DNA from: Patescibacteria group bacterium
GTDB taxonomy: Bacteria; Patescibacteriota; Minisyncoccia; UBA6257; UBA9933
Direction of reading: 5' to 3'
Assembly (NCBI GenBank): GCA_038065955.1
Contig: JBBTPY010000002.1
Location: 1-42,496 of the forward strand
DNA: 42,496 nt
Part shown: in pieces, positions 42,414 to 42,496 of the stretch
Numbering within the stretch: the stretch's first letter is position 1
Layout: each line of letters begins with the position of its first letter
The notes under the pieces: generated by a model
Database searches by the model: none
What the model was told of the DNA's origin: nothing
What the model saw: the letters and a program-made list of their open reading frames with translations, nothing else
Made by a program: the position numbers and the translations under genes

Positions 42414-42448
42414 GGGGTTGAATTTGATAAATTCAACCCCATTTTTTA
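42414..42448 (+). terminator. Rho-independent terminator after cassette 4
   Basis: GGGGTTGAATTT (42414-42425) pairs with AAATTCAACCCC (42429-42440), followed by ATTTTTT. Confidence 0.8.
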
Positions 42449-42464
42449 TAATGTATAAATAATA

Positions 42465-42496
42465 ATGAGGCTGAAATTAATTCAAAATATCAAAAA
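42465..42496 (+). CDS. 5' end of a gene running off the window (N-terminus resembles the remnant ORFs)
   Basis: ATG 42465 opens MRLKLIQNIK.. Compare MSTILENIKIII (35222) and ..ENIKIII (28363). TATAAT lies at 42447-42452 upstream. Confidence 0.35.
   Translation, partial: MRLKLIQNIK

Overview
This is a low-GC bacterial chromosomal window with strong AAGGAGG Shine-Dalgarno sites. Several apparently leaderless genes are also present. The gene style is reminiscent of Patescibacteria/CPR, which is an unverified inference.

Positions 1-30.7 kb are mostly housekeeping genes:
- an FN3 surface-protein tail, a 3D-domain protein and a beta-barrel-like secreted protein
- a cupin, secD/secF and a sigma-region-4/HARE-HTH protein
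- a membrane protein plus a VirD4/TraD-like ATPase
- three tRNAs: Gly-UCC, Glu-UUC and Leu-CAA
- a Fic islet next to tRNA-Glu
- thiI, a methyltransferase, a SIMPL protein, parB, rel, topA and dprA
- PBP2, galT, dedA and tpiA
- an ABC exporter broken by one in-frame TAA
- a FadD-like ligase and a NUDIX hydrolase

Positions 30.7-42.5 kb are the stand-out region. They hold four tandem paralogous cassettes. Each cassette consists of:
- a divergently transcribed HExxH peptidase (replaced by an APH-type kinase plus a peptidase remnant in one cassette)
- an extended -10 promoter placed 6 nt before an ATG, driving a small or remnant ORF
- a conserved TTGACA promoter with a two-hairpin 5' leader
- a radical-SAM/SPASM enzyme
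- an SD-driven mini-ORF of 31-51 codons, absent from the ORF track, encoding a different Cys-containing peptide in each cassette
- a terminator

I read this as a multi-cassette RiPP-like (ranthipeptide/sactipeptide-type) locus that expanded by recent duplication. Two cassettes share a 295-bp repeat that is identical by eye.

Secondary oddities:
- short GC-richer repeats inserted in-frame in thiI, topA and tpiA
- a dispersed ACGACTA heptamer repeat that supplies the last codons and stop of parB and dedA
- an unclassified structured intergenic element next to rel

All calls come from reading the sequence and ORF translations. No database search was run.
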